This document shows positions 1 through 9,664 of a stretch of DNA of 64,000 nt, in pieces (the first letter of the stretch is position 1; every line of letters begins with the position of its first letter). The position numbers were made by a program, and so were the translations under genes. A model generated the notes under the pieces. It made no database searches. It worked only from the letters and a program-made list of their open reading frames with translations, and was not told the origin of the DNA. This DNA comes from Marispirochaeta sp. Lineage in GTDB: Bacteria; Spirochaetota; Spirochaetia; JC444; Marispirochaetaceae. The DNA lies in NCBI GenBank assembly GCA_963676835.2, contig CAXXFF010000002.1:352001-416000 (forward strand), read 5' to 3'.

Positions 1-1
1 C

Positions 2-397
2 GGCGATGCACCGGTAGTGGATGTAATAAACTACGGTGAACAGGTGAAAACAAAGGGGTTGAATCTTCTTCAGGGGCCGGGAAACGACATAGTTTCCATC
101 ACCGCCCTGGCGGCTGCCGGGGCTCAGCTGCTGCTTTTTACCACCGGCCGGGGAAACCCCCTGGGGGCACCGGTTCCTTCAATCAAGGTTGCCAGCAACA
201 ATGAACTGGCAGCCCGCAAAAAACACTGGATCGACTTCAGTGCCGGTGATCTTGTAGAGGTCGAAGGCTGCACCATGGAGGTTCTGGAGGAGCGGTTCAT
301 GGATAGCATTCTGGAACATGCTTCAGGTAAAAAAGCCAGAAACGAAGAGAACAATAACCGTGAGATCGCAATTTTCAAGGACGGAGTGATCCTCTAA
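2..397 (+). CDS. uxaA: Altronate dehydratase family protein, C-terminal part (5' truncated by window edge)
   Basis: Frame open from base 2. PGND..SITALAAAGAQLLLFTTGRGNPLG and WIDFSAG..ARNE..REIAIFKDGVIL match the UxaA C-terminus. Confidence 0.88.
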   Translation, partial: GDAPVVDVINYGEQVKTKGLNLLQGPGNDIVSITALAAAGAQLLLFTTGRGNPLGAPVPSIKVASNNELAARKKHWIDFSAGDLVEVEGCTMEVLEERFMDSILEHASGKKARNEENNNREIAIFKDGVIL

Positions 398-1338
398 GCT
401 TCGAAATCTTCCGGATTATCAATTATCTGCTGGGAGAGGCCGTACCTCTCCCGGTGTTCTCCCCTTCCCAGGGGTTCAATATGTACAATTACATCGTAGA
501 TATCCGGAATCCGGGCTGTTATGGCCCGTTCCACCTGTCCTGCTATGGCATGACCGGCTGATACTGTTTTATCCCCGTCAACTTCTATATCAAGATCCAC
601 AACCTGCATTCTCCCAATACGCCGGATTCTGGTCCGGTGGGGGTTGTGGGCACCCTTTACCGTTTCAACGGCATTGAAGATTTCCCGGTAGACATGAGAG
701 TCTTCCGTGCCGTCCATCAGTTCCGTGGAAGTCTCAAAAAAGATCCCCAGGGCTACCCGCATAATCCAGATACTCAAAAGAAAGGCTATAACAGGGTCGA
801 TTACCGGCATGTTGAGAACATAGGTGGAAAACAGCCCGATTAAAACCGTGGTAGAGATCAGAATATCATTACGCATATTCTTGGCATCCGCTATCAGCAT
901 ACTGCTGCCGGTTGCCCGGCCTACCCGGTACTTGAATACCGCCAGAGCGGTTTTTGCCGCAATTGAAACCAGAGTGACACCTACAGCAATATAGCCGGGA
1001 ACACCCATTTCTGTTCCCAGCACAAGCTTTTTAACCGTAACAATGGCAAGCTGGGCACCGGCAAAAAAGATAACAAAACTGAGTGCCTTGGTGGCAATTG
1101 TCTCTGCCCTGGTGTGCCCGTAAGGATGCTGCACGTCCGGGGGTTTTTCACTTATTTTGATGGTTATCAGGGTAATGAGGGAGGTAAGAATATCAGTTGC
1201 GGAATCAATACCATCGGAAACAACCGCATAACTGCCGGAAATAATCCCGAGAATAATCTTGGCGGCAGCCAGCAGTGCATTTGCAATAATACCTATAAGA
1301 GATGCCCTTGCAATAGAACGGGCCCGGGATTCAACCAT
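394..1338 (-). CDS. Cation diffusion facilitator (FieF-like) transporter
   Basis: SDGIDSATD, PPDVQHPYGHTRAE, ADAKNMRND and C-terminal VIVHIEP. Start moved to ATG 1338, 6 nt downstream of a -10 box. Confidence 0.9.
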   Translation of the reverse strand: MVESRARSIARASLIGIIANALLAAAKIILGIISGSYAVVSDGIDSATDILTSLITLITIKISEKPPDVQHPYGHTRAETIATKALSFVIFFAGAQLAIVTVKKLVLGTEMGVPGYIAVGVTLVSIAAKTALAVFKYRVGRATGSSMLIADAKNMRNDILISTTVLIGLFSTYVLNMPVIDPVIAFLLSIWIMRVALGIFFETSTELMDGTEDSHVYREIFNAVETVKGAHNPHRTRIRRIGRMQVVDLDIEVDGDKTVSAGHAIAGQVERAITARIPDIYDVIVHIEPLGRGEHRERYGLSQQIIDNPEDFEA

Positions 1339-1344
1339 ACTTTG

Positions 1345-1373
1345 AGCATAACGAAAAGAAGCACCAACAGCAA
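1345..1373 (-). promoter_or_regulatory. Sigma70-type promoter of the CDF gene (leaderless geometry)
   Basis: TTGCTG-17nt-TATGCT-6nt-ATG on minus strand; no SD. Confidence 0.6.
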
Positions 1374-1448
1374 TCCAAACAGTTTTTTTCGTTGCCAAAA
1401 AGAGATTTGATGCATACTCTTTAAACAGAACAAACGAAGGAGTTTTAG

Positions 1449-1823
1449 ATGAAAAAACTGATACTGACCCTGACGATTCTGTTTTTGGCCGCAGGTTTCA
1501 TAACGGCAGAGACATTTGATCTTGGAAAGTTCCCCAACGGAACCTGGATAGATAACAACTTTGATGCAGTATGGGAACTTTCGGTAGATAATATCCGCAT
1601 CCTCGATACCGCCGGCGGAGTCTATTACGATTTCAGTGAAGCCACCGTTCCGGATTTTGATGTTTCAGCAGATCTGAAAGGTGTCACAATAACCTTCTCA
1701 TGTGATGAGACCGGAAAAGCCTACAAACTGTACAAACCGACTTCCACCGGAACCTCCATAACCCTGGAGATTGATCCCCCCTCAGGAGTACATTACAAGG
1801 TGGAAATGCCTTTCAGGAAGTAA
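1449..1823 (+). CDS. Hypothetical exported protein
   Basis: AAGGAG SD; MKK + hydrophobic signal peptide ending ITA; followed by a terminator hairpin. Confidence 0.8.
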   Translation: MKKLILTLTILFLAAGFITAETFDLGKFPNGTWIDNNFDAVWELSVDNIRILDTAGGVYYDFSEATVPDFDVSADLKGVTITFSCDETGKAYKLYKPTSTGTSITLEIDPPSGVHYKVEMPFRK

Positions 1824-1838
1824 CTTCCACTAATCAAT

Positions 1839-1869
1839 AAATCCCCGGCTTTTAAAACCGGGGATTTTT
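1839..1869 (+). terminator. Intrinsic terminator
   Basis: aaatccccgg-cttttaaaa-ccggggattt followed by further T residues. Confidence 0.75.
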
Positions 1870-1888
1870 CATATATACTGATACAGAA

Positions 1889-2116
1889 ATGAACGAGTGC
1901 GAATTCATCGAGCAGTGTCCCTTTTTCAACGGCCAGCTTCAGGGAGATCTTCGGAAAATAGAAGCAATGAAGCAGAAGTACTGCCGGACAAATAATCTCA
2001 ATTGTGCCCGTTATATGGTCGCGCATGCACTGGGAAAGGATCATATGCCGAAAGACCTGTTTCCCGACCAGAAGACAATCGCCTACTCGGTTATCGCAGA
2101 ATCTTCCCTTTCATAA
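1889..2116 (+). CDS. Small Cys-rich hypothetical protein (4 Cys, possible metal binding)
   Basis: 75 aa; C-x5-CPFF ... YC-x6-CARY ... P.DLFP; fills the gap between terminator and NUDIX gene. Confidence 0.75.
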   Translation: MNECEFIEQCPFFNGQLQGDLRKIEAMKQKYCRTNNLNCARYMVAHALGKDHMPKDLFPDQKTIAYSVIAESSLS

Positions 2117-2515
2117 TCCATAAACACCTTGAGCAGCCGAAACTATTTCGGCTGCCGGAATATCCGCCGGCGCAAGATCGAAGGCAAGCAGATTCGCAGG
2201 AAGCACCCATTGTAACTGCTCATGTTCATGGGGGTGAGGGATTCCCGCGGTAATAGCCGCATAATATACCGCCAGATCAATTTTAACTTCGGGATAGGAA
2301 AAAGGGAAAACACCGATCTTTTCGCCGATTTCCGCCGTAATACCCAACTCTTCCTGAAGCTCCCGCATCAGACAGGCTGAATCACTCTCACCCTGCTCAA
2401 CCTTCCCTCCGGGAAACTCCCAGAGAAGCGGACGGGACTGAGATGTGGACCGCCGGGCAATAAGGATTTTATTTTCTTTAACCAGCACGGCGGCGGTGAC
2501 GCGGACGGGGGTCAT
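2111..2515 (-). CDS. NUDIX hydrolase, MutT/NudG (d)NTP pyrophosphohydrolase family
   Basis: Nudix box WEFPGGKVEQGES..ACLMRELQEELGI; C-terminal LAPADIP. Confidence 0.9.
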   Translation of the reverse strand: MTPVRVTAAVLVKENKILIARRSTSQSRPLLWEFPGGKVEQGESDSACLMRELQEELGITAEIGEKIGVFPFSYPEVKIDLAVYYAAITAGIPHPHEHEQLQWVLPANLLAFDLAPADIPAAEIVSAAQGVYGL

Positions 2516-2530
2516 ACCGGGACAAAACTC

Positions 2531-3259
2531 CTAATACTCCTGATTTTCGAAAAAGAAACCATACTCTTTAAAAACATTGACAAGATGACTGCGCATACTG
2601 TCAGCAGCAGCCCTGGGATCTCTTTTTTCAAGACAATCGATAATCTGGTCATGCTCAACCACCGATGCGCGGAGTCGCTCTTCAGTAACACTTCTTTCCC
2701 GTCCCTGATCCATAATTTCCCAAACCCTCAGTAAAGGACGGGCAATAAAAGAATAAAGAGCAATTAAGGTGGAATTCCCGGAATTTCGAACAACTTCCAG
2801 ATGAAAAAAAATATCGTCCTCAACCGCTCGGCTGGTTCCGATATTCCGTAAAAACTCGTTATTGGCATATCTGAGGTTCTGCAGTTCCCTGTCGGTAATC
2901 CTGGATGCTGCCGACTCTACCGCATAAATCTCCAGAATTCCTCTGGTCCTGTACAAGGAAGCCGGGTCCATTGTCTCCTGAATATTCAGGATATTGGTTA
3001 ACAGGCCTTTTAATATTTTTACATTAATATCTGCAAGATAAGTTCCGCTCTGAGGCTTGGTCTCAAGAACACCATAGAGCTCAAGCTTTTTAAAGGCAGC
3101 CTTCAACTGCTGCTTAGCAACGCCAAAGGTTTTCTGAAGCTGAACTTCCGATGGAAGCTGATCTCCCGGAGAAAGTTTCCCCTCCTCCAGAAGATCCAGA
3201 ATTTGCTTTATGATCAGGTCGGGAATATTCGGTAATTCAATTTTATGAAAACCGGGCAT
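2531..3259 (-). CDS. GntR/FadR family transcriptional regulator
   Basis: N-terminal wHTH (LSPGDQLPSE..L..FGV), FCD domain (DIFFH, EHDQII, MRSHL). Confidence 0.9.
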   Translation of the reverse strand: MPGFHKIELPNIPDLIIKQILDLLEEGKLSPGDQLPSEVQLQKTFGVAKQQLKAAFKKLELYGVLETKPQSGTYLADINVKILKGLLTNILNIQETMDPASLYRTRGILEIYAVESAASRITDRELQNLRYANNEFLRNIGTSRAVEDDIFFHLEVVRNSGNSTLIALYSFIARPLLRVWEIMDQGRERSVTEERLRASVVEHDQIIDCLEKRDPRAAADSMRSHLVNVFKEYGFFFENQEY

Positions 3260-3298
3260 TACGAATATACCTTCTTTACAGGAATTAGAGCCTTAACG

Positions 3299-4267
3299 TC
3301 AGCGTTTTCGGCTTTTCCTATAATAGATCATAATCATTATTAATACTATTAAACCGTTGGCGATTTTCCTTCCTGCTTCGGGAATCTGTATAACTGTCAG
3401 AATTCCTTCAAGCATGATAATAATCAACGCCCCTGCAGCCGTACCCAGGTAACCGCCTTTACCTCCGGTCATGGCGGTACCGCCGACAACAACAGCGGTG
3501 ATTGACCACATGGTGTACTCTTTCCCTGCCTCGATGAACGCACGGGAGGTATTCCCTGCCAGAAGCGCACCGGTAAATGCCGAGAATGCCGCGCTCAGAA
3601 CATATACCAGGGTCCTTATTTCCCTGACTTTTATGCCGCTGAACTTGGCCGCTGTTGCGTTGGTTCCGATATAGTAGATTTTTCTGCCGGTTACCGACTT
3701 CCTTAAAAAGAGGAGAACAAGAACCGCCGTCAGCAACCAGATCCATACAATTACCGGAAGACCCATAAAGGCTCCTGCACCAAGCTTTTCCAGCCAGGGT
3801 GATGCAACACCACGGGGAGCACCGTTTATGGAAATCAGAGTAACACCGCTTACCAGAGAACTTACAGCAAGAGTCATGACCAGAGGGGAAATACCAAGAT
3901 AGGAAACCCCTACTCCGCTTATAAGACCGAATCCCGCACCGATAAGAACTATCAGGATGAGTCCTGAAACGGTATTGCCGTTGCTTCCGTTTATAAATAG
4001 ACAGCCGTAAATCTGCCCCATTGTTATAAGAGCACTGACTGTCAGATCAATACCGCCGGTAAGAATTACAAATGTCTGTCCCACTCCGCATAATCCGACA
4101 AAGGCTGCAGTCCTGAGAATATCCTTTACATGACTGAAGGAGCTGAACCCCGGAGACAGAAGCTCCCCCAGCAGCAGCATTCCAATAACAACAAATGCCA
4201 GCAGTATAATGGTAAAGTTCTGCCGGACACTTTCCATCAGCTCTTTTCGCTTCAACAATGTTACCAT
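3299..4267 (-). CDS. Sugar-type (RbsC-like) ABC permease
   Basis: GQTFVILTGGIDLTV; ITAVVVGGTAMTGGKG. Confidence 0.92.
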   Translation of the reverse strand: MVTLLKRKELMESVRQNFTIILLAFVVIGMLLLGELLSPGFSSFSHVKDILRTAAFVGLCGVGQTFVILTGGIDLTVSALITMGQIYGCLFINGSNGNTVSGLILIVLIGAGFGLISGVGVSYLGISPLVMTLAVSSLVSGVTLISINGAPRGVASPWLEKLGAGAFMGLPVIVWIWLLTAVLVLLFLRKSVTGRKIYYIGTNATAAKFSGIKVREIRTLVYVLSAAFSAFTGALLAGNTSRAFIEAGKEYTMWSITAVVVGGTAMTGGKGGYLGTAAGALIIIMLEGILTVIQIPEAGRKIANGLIVLIMIMIYYRKSRKR

Positions 4268-5271
4268 CAGTTCAGCCCTCCTTTTCTGCCTGGAAAAATC
4301 TTTTTCAGGAGAGAACTTTTTCCTTCGGTTCCGGATGCCGCATTCAGGGAGGTAAATGCCAGGGCAATGATAATAACAAGACCTTTTGCCACATACTGAT
4401 AAAAGGTTGAAACACCTACAAGGTTAAGAATATTGTCAATGAGATAGTAAATATATGCTGCACCGAGGATTCCCTGAACTCCACCCTTGCCTCCGGTAAG
4501 AGCAACACCTCCAATTACCGCCACCGCAATGGAGTTCATAATGTATGGTTCGCCTACCAGAGGATCCGCAGAGATCATCATTGCCGAGAGAAAAATACCG
4601 GCAAGCCCGGCATATACACCGGAAACTCCGTATACCATCATTTCAATACGCTGTGCGGGAATTCCGGATTCCTCGGCTATCTGCCTGTTTCCTCCTACCG
4701 CATAAACAGATCGTCCGAAGACTGTTTTTCGCAATACATAAAAAGTTCCAAAAACCGTAACAAGGATAATAATCAGCGGCATGGGAATAATGCCGAGGAA
4801 ATTGCCGGACAGAGTACGGTAGATGCCCATGGCAATGTCTCCGCCGGGCTCTTCCATTATGAGCAGTGTAATACCTGTCCAGATTGTCCCTGTAGAGAGG
4901 GTGACAATAAATGGAGGGAAACCCCAACGGGTTATAATGAATCCGTTGGAAAGCCCTATTGCACCGCCGACAATCACAGGCACAATAATCCATAACAGCA
5001 CATTTACCGGAGTACCGACGAACGGCAGGCTTGCTGCAACTACATTGGTAATGCCTATAATTGCACCGATTGAGAGATCTATTCCCCCGGTGAGAAGAAC
5101 AAACATCTGCGCTATTCCGGCAAGAAGCAGCGGGGCAATCCGGGTAAAAAGGTTTACATTGTTTGCCCAGGATAAAAACCTTGGCTGCAGAATACAGGCA
5201 ATTATGTATATACCGGCCATAATCACATAAACCGGAAGATATAGGAGTAAATCCCGCTTTCGCTCGGTCAT
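4267..5271 (-). CDS. Sugar-type (RbsC-like) ABC permease
   Basis: LLTGGIDLSIG; FGRSVYAVGGN; IAVAVIGGVALTGGKG. Confidence 0.92.
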   Translation of the reverse strand: MTERKRDLLLYLPVYVIMAGIYIIACILQPRFLSWANNVNLFTRIAPLLLAGIAQMFVLLTGGIDLSIGAIIGITNVVAASLPFVGTPVNVLLWIIVPVIVGGAIGLSNGFIITRWGFPPFIVTLSTGTIWTGITLLIMEEPGGDIAMGIYRTLSGNFLGIIPMPLIIILVTVFGTFYVLRKTVFGRSVYAVGGNRQIAEESGIPAQRIEMMVYGVSGVYAGLAGIFLSAMMISADPLVGEPYIMNSIAVAVIGGVALTGGKGGVQGILGAAYIYYLIDNILNLVGVSTFYQYVAKGLVIIIALAFTSLNAASGTEGKSSLLKKIFPGRKGGLN

Positions 5272-6788
5272 CCACGAACCTCCTGGCCTTGCAAGTCAAT
5301 TGTTGAAACAGCACCCTTCATAATCTTTTCCTCTGTTATATCTTCCCCTGTGAGCTCAGCGGTAAAAGAATGATTATTCATTACCAGAACCCGGTCACTT
5401 AAACCGATCAGCTCCACCATATCGCTGGTATAGAGAACAACCGCAACATCATTATTCGCCAGATCACGGATAATCCGATAAATCTGCTGCTTGGTACCAA
5501 CATCAACGCCTTTTGTAGGCTCCAGCAGAATTACCACCTTCGGATCGGCGATAAGCCATTTGCCGATAACAAGCTTCTGCATATTCCCGCCGCTCAGGGA
5601 ATTGGCAGGCTGCCGGGAAGACGTGTATTTTATCTTCAACTTTTCAGTCACACCCTCAACAGCCTGTCCCTCTTCCCTGGTCTGAATAAAACCAAACTGC
5701 TGATGTGAATCAAGAGTAACAGATGCAAGATTTTCATAGACCGATGAGATAAGAAAAACACCTTCATCTCCCCGGTTTTCGGGTATCAGAGCGATACCGG
5801 CTTTAACGGCATCCTTCTGATTTCGTATCTTCTTTTCTTCGCCGTTTACTGCTATATGAAGAACTTCTGTCAGTTCCAACCCGAAAACAGACTGGAGGAG
5901 CTTTATCTGGCCCTGTCCCTGAAGACCGCCTATTCCTAGAACCTCACCTTTTTGAACAGAAAAATTACTCTTTTTGGGTGAATTACGGTACTGTACCTCA
6001 ACATCGAGAATACTGGATTTGGTTTTAATTTCTGTTTTTTCGGGGAAGATTTCCTTAAGTTCCCTTCCTACCATTGAAGAGATGAGACTATTCTCGGAAA
6101 AATAGCCGATTTTTTCTGTAATTACCTTCTGTCCGTCCTTGATAACAGTAACTCTGTCGGCAAGTTCAAAAACCTCTTCCAGTCGATGAGAAATATAGAT
6201 TATTCCTTTGCCCTTTTCCCGGAGATCCTTGATGATCTCGATCAGGGTCTGAACTTCTTCCTTTGAAAGCGAAGCCGTGGGTTCATCAAAAATAATCAAA
6301 TCGGGTTTCTGGCTGAGAACCTTGCCTATTTCAACCATCTGCCGTACGGCCATTGGAAGTCCGCCGATAAGCTCACTGGGATCAATATTCAAGTTAATAT
6401 CTGCCAGAACCTCTGCCGCCCGGGATTCAATAGTCTTCCAGTCAATCCGGCCGCCCCGGGTATTCCAGCTGCCGAGGGCAATATTCTCAGCTATACTCAG
6501 GTCTGGAAGAAGAGAAAGTTCCTGGTAAACAATACCGATCCCTTCCTGCCGTGCAACGGCATTATTACGCAGAACCGTCTCTTTCCCGCGCAGAAGAATT
6601 TTTCCTTCATTGGGCTGGTGTACTCCGGCAAGCATTTTAATCAGAGTACTTTTGCCTGCTCCGTTTTCACCGACGATACAATGGATTTCCCCTGCATAAC
6701 AGTCAAAGCTGACTGAATCTACTGCCCTTGTTCCGGGAAATTCCTTTACAACATTTTTCATTTCCAATAGAAGCTTATCTGTCTGCAT
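5268..6788 (-). CDS. Sugar ABC ATP-binding protein (RbsA/MglA-type, two NBDs)
   Basis: Walker A GENGAGKST, DEPTASL, LSGGNMQK. Confidence 0.93.
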   Translation of the reverse strand: MQTDKLLLEMKNVVKEFPGTRAVDSVSFDCYAGEIHCIVGENGAGKSTLIKMLAGVHQPNEGKILLRGKETVLRNNAVARQEGIGIVYQELSLLPDLSIAENIALGSWNTRGGRIDWKTIESRAAEVLADINLNIDPSELIGGLPMAVRQMVEIGKVLSQKPDLIIFDEPTASLSKEEVQTLIEIIKDLREKGKGIIYISHRLEEVFELADRVTVIKDGQKVITEKIGYFSENSLISSMVGRELKEIFPEKTEIKTKSSILDVEVQYRNSPKKSNFSVQKGEVLGIGGLQGQGQIKLLQSVFGLELTEVLHIAVNGEEKKIRNQKDAVKAGIALIPENRGDEGVFLISSVYENLASVTLDSHQQFGFIQTREEGQAVEGVTEKLKIKYTSSRQPANSLSGGNMQKLVIGKWLIADPKVVILLEPTKGVDVGTKQQIYRIIRDLANNDVAVVLYTSDMVELIGLSDRVLVMNNHSFTAELTGEDITEEKIMKGAVSTIDLQGQEVRG

Positions 6789-6818
6789 TTACCATCCTCG
6801 GCTTCATCTAAAATCTGA

Positions 6819-6852
6819 AAACAAAAACAGGGAGCAGTGCTGCTGCTCCCTG
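6819..6852 (-). terminator. Hairpin between SBP and ATPase genes (partial terminator or mRNA stabiliser)
   Basis: cagggagcag/ctgctccctg 10-bp stem (6828-6852) followed by TTTTTGTTT on minus strand. Confidence 0.65.
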
Positions 6853-6870
6853 AAAAACCGGAAATTTTAA

Positions 6871-7905
6871 TCAGTTTTCAAATACTTTTTTCACAATCTC
6901 GTCAGGCAGCTGGCTGTTACACCAGAAACTGTCTGAAAGATTTACCCTGACATAATCTTCTACAGTCTCATTTGTGATAGTAGGAATAGGAATAATACTT
7001 TCCTTGGCAACTTCTTTGCCGTCAAGAGCATCAATTGCAACCTGAATAGCCGTTCTGGACATCCAGGTAGGACAGCTGGTAGCAATTGAATCGAAGTCAG
7101 CACCATCATCCTTCAGCTTTTTCCAGATCTTGAGAAAACCATTTCCGTCTTCTCCAGTGATAGGAGGAATAGCCTTGCCGCGCTCAAGATATACCTTGAT
7201 AACTGCTTCACTCATTGCTCCGCCCTGAGACCAGATACCGTCTATCTGTACATTGGAAGCAAGGATGTTTTCCATGGCACGCTTTGCCTTGGCAAAATCC
7301 CAGTCTGCATAGATGGTGTTTACAATCTCAATGTCCGGATACTGATCAAATACATCTGTTGCACCCTTAAAGCGGTCAGCCGAAGTGGATGTTCCCTTCA
7401 TACCGTTGAAAGCGAGAACCTGACCTTTTCCATCCATGGCTTTAACCAGCCATTCCGCCTGAACCCGGCCGAAATCAATCTGGTCTACAATGATGTGGCT
7501 TGTTACATTGTCAGTATCAACCATATTGTCGAAGTCAACCACAACAATCCCGGCAGCCATTGCCTTTTCAACAACAGGAACCAGGGCCTTGGGGTTTGCA
7601 GCAGTTATACAGATAGCATCAACTCCACGGGCCATAAGGTCCTCGATATCAGCAATCTGCTTGGCTGTGTCACCGTTGGCTTCAGTTGTAATCAATTCTG
7701 CAACCCTCGGGTTATTCGCTGCCTCGTGCTTGGCTTCTTCCATCATCTGCACACGCCATGAGTTACCAAGCGAGAAGTTACTCAACCCGATGACATAGGC
7801 ATCCTTGGGTCCCTTTGCTGCAGTTTCACCCTGTCCGGCTGCAAAAATGCTTACAGAGCATATCAGCATAGCCGCAATCATCAGAGCTCCAATTCTTTTA
7901 ACCAT
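6871..7905 (-). CDS. Sugar-type ABC substrate-binding protein (periplasmic binding protein type I)
   Basis: Signal peptide; GNSWRVQM, QIADIEDL..GVDAI, IPPITGED; AGGAGG SD. Confidence 0.92.
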   Translation of the reverse strand: MVKRIGALMIAAMLICSVSIFAAGQGETAAKGPKDAYVIGLSNFSLGNSWRVQMMEEAKHEAANNPRVAELITTEANGDTAKQIADIEDLMARGVDAICITAANPKALVPVVEKAMAAGIVVVDFDNMVDTDNVTSHIIVDQIDFGRVQAEWLVKAMDGKGQVLAFNGMKGTSTSADRFKGATDVFDQYPDIEIVNTIYADWDFAKAKRAMENILASNVQIDGIWSQGGAMSEAVIKVYLERGKAIPPITGEDGNGFLKIWKKLKDDGADFDSIATSCPTWMSRTAIQVAIDALDGKEVAKESIIPIPTITNETVEDYVRVNLSDSFWCNSQLPDEIVKKVFEN

Positions 7906-7962
7906 AAAATCCTCCTGATTAAATTTTAACTAACATTACCGTTAGCTGATCACTGTTACTAA

Positions 7963-8610
7963 CTACTCCACAATTGCAATTGCCCTGCATGGAGAGCCTT
8001 CCCGGCCTTCAAGCATCAATGGGAGCGCACACATTTTGAACATATTTTTTGAACCCAGCAGAGCCAGATTGGCCAGATTCTCCACAATAGGAATTCCGGC
8101 ACCAAGTACTTTCTTATGCCTGGGTGACGGCTTGTCCTCTACATAATCAATGCTGGTAGCATCGGTCATATATGCCCGTATTCTTTTTTCGATAAGCAGT
8201 TCGATGAGCTCATAGGAAGGAACCGGAAACAATTTATTATACAGCTCCGACTCAGCATAAACATCAATACCGGTATGAAGTACAAAAATTGTATCTTCAG
8301 GAATCTCATCCTGATCAGAGCAGATGTCGCTGATGAGTATTTCCTGTCCTGCCGGTTCTGCATTTACATGAAAGATTGCTGCATTCCCGTAAAAATGATC
8401 AAGGGGCATGGAATCTATAGTCACACCATCTGCTACATAGTGCAGCGGTGAATCAACATGGGTTCCTGTATGGACCAGCATTGTTGATCGGGTAAGGTTA
8501 TATCCTTCCGAATTCGCCCTGCCGATCCAGCTGAAGGTAGGACGCTCTGTCTCCGGATAAACCAGCATGGAATCCTTAACCGGATAGGTTAAATCAATTA
8601 TTTCTGACAC
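7963..8610 (-). CDS. Cyclase family metal-dependent hydrolase (kynurenine formamidase-like)
   Basis: HTGTHVDSPLH (HxGTHxDxPxH), IVENL, LPL..EGSPCRAIA. Confidence 0.9.
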   Translation of the reverse strand: MSEIIDLTYPVKDSMLVYPETERPTFSWIGRANSEGYNLTRSTMLVHTGTHVDSPLHYVADGVTIDSMPLDHFYGNAAIFHVNAEPAGQEILISDICSDQDEIPEDTIFVLHTGIDVYAESELYNKLFPVPSYELIELLIEKRIRAYMTDATSIDYVEDKPSPRHKKVLGAGIPIVENLANLALLGSKNMFKMCALPLMLEGREGSPCRAIAIVE

Positions 8611-8627
8611 TCTCTAATCAACTCCGT

Positions 8628-8689
8628 GAATCTAATAGACTAATCGATCAATCTGACCAATGATAAAAGGTGAAACCCGGTATTGTCAA
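8628..8689 (-). promoter_or_regulatory. Promoter of cyclase-ABC operon with possible FadR-type operator half-sites
   Basis: TTGACA(8689-8684)-18-TATCAT(8665-8660), immediately followed by tggtcagat-tgatcgat-tagtctat. Confidence 0.55.
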
Positions 8690-8721
8690 TATTTTTTTAC
8701 CAATTTAATAAACAGACCATT

Positions 8722-9573
8722 TCATAGCAGGAATCTTTCATTCAGCCAGCTGAACATATACTCAAAAACCTCTTCACGCTCCGGTTCATTAAAAATCTCA
8801 TGATAGAGGCCGGGCCAATGTTTCATGGTTTTATCGCTGCTCCCGCAGTGCTCATATACATATTCAGCTGCCGATGTACTGATAACCTTGTCATCGCCTC
8901 CGTGCATTACCAGTAGAGGAAGAGTAACCTCAGCCATGCGCCGGTTGACTTCAGTCTGTGCTTTTAAGAGCTGGCTCCCGGTACGTGCCCTCACCTTTCC
9001 ATGATACTGCAGGGGATCTTTGTCGTCTTCGGCCCGCATTTCCATATTTCGGGTAACTTCGGACAGATCCACATCCTGCACCGGCAGATTAGGCAGTACT
9101 GCCGCTACAATACCGGCAAGTGCCTTAATGAAGGGACTGATGCCTTCAGGCATTTTGACCATGGGCCCGCTTAAAATAACAGCCGCGTATTCATCCTGAT
9201 GGTCCAGAAGCTGAAACAGGGCGAACATACCGCCCATGCTGTGACCCACAAGAACTGCGGGAACACCCGGGGTGTTCTGTTTCGCCAGCTGGGTAAGAAT
9301 ATGGACATCCTCCCGGATCAGATCACTGCCTTCAATATCCGCAAAGACCTTCTGACTGTGCCCGTGCCCCCGGTGATCCGGAACATAGGCAGCAAATCCG
9401 GCATCCGCGAAGGCCTGGAGAACATGGGCATACCGGCCGGAATGCTCACCATAACCATGAAGAATGATAACGATACCCTTAGCCTCAACGGGCATTACAT
9501 GCCGGTAAAACAGCTCTCGGCCCTTGAACCCCTGATATGTAGATTCATGGATAGTTTTTATATGCGCTTTCAT
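8722..9573 (-). CDS. Alpha/beta hydrolase, lysophospholipase/monoacylglycerol lipase family
   Basis: HGYGEHSGRY, DHRGHG, nucleophile GHSMGG, HGGDD, YHEIFNEPE. Confidence 0.92.
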   Translation of the reverse strand: MKAHIKTIHESTYQGFKGRELFYRHVMPVEAKGIVIILHGYGEHSGRYAHVLQAFADAGFAAYVPDHRGHGHSQKVFADIEGSDLIREDVHILTQLAKQNTPGVPAVLVGHSMGGMFALFQLLDHQDEYAAVILSGPMVKMPEGISPFIKALAGIVAAVLPNLPVQDVDLSEVTRNMEMRAEDDKDPLQYHGKVRARTGSQLLKAQTEVNRRMAEVTLPLLVMHGGDDKVISTSAAEYVYEHCGSSDKTMKHWPGLYHEIFNEPEREEVFEYMFSWLNERFLL

Positions 9574-9608
9574 GAAATCACTGTACCACAGATTCTTTTG
9601 GCGGGCAT

Positions 9609-9640
9609 AAAAAAAGACCGGCCCCCGAAGGGACCGGCCG
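9609..9640 (-). terminator. Intrinsic terminator of pckG
   Basis: ggccggtccc-ttcg-ggggccggtc followed by T7. Confidence 0.85.
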
Positions 9641-9664
9641 AAAAATGCTTTTCAAGCGCGGATA

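Noticed and set aside
5517..5540. Walker B of the second NBD reads ILLEPT instead of ILDEPT
   Set aside because: RbsA/MglA-type ATPases have one degenerate composite site; here the matching Walker A and signature are also degenerate, so this is expected.
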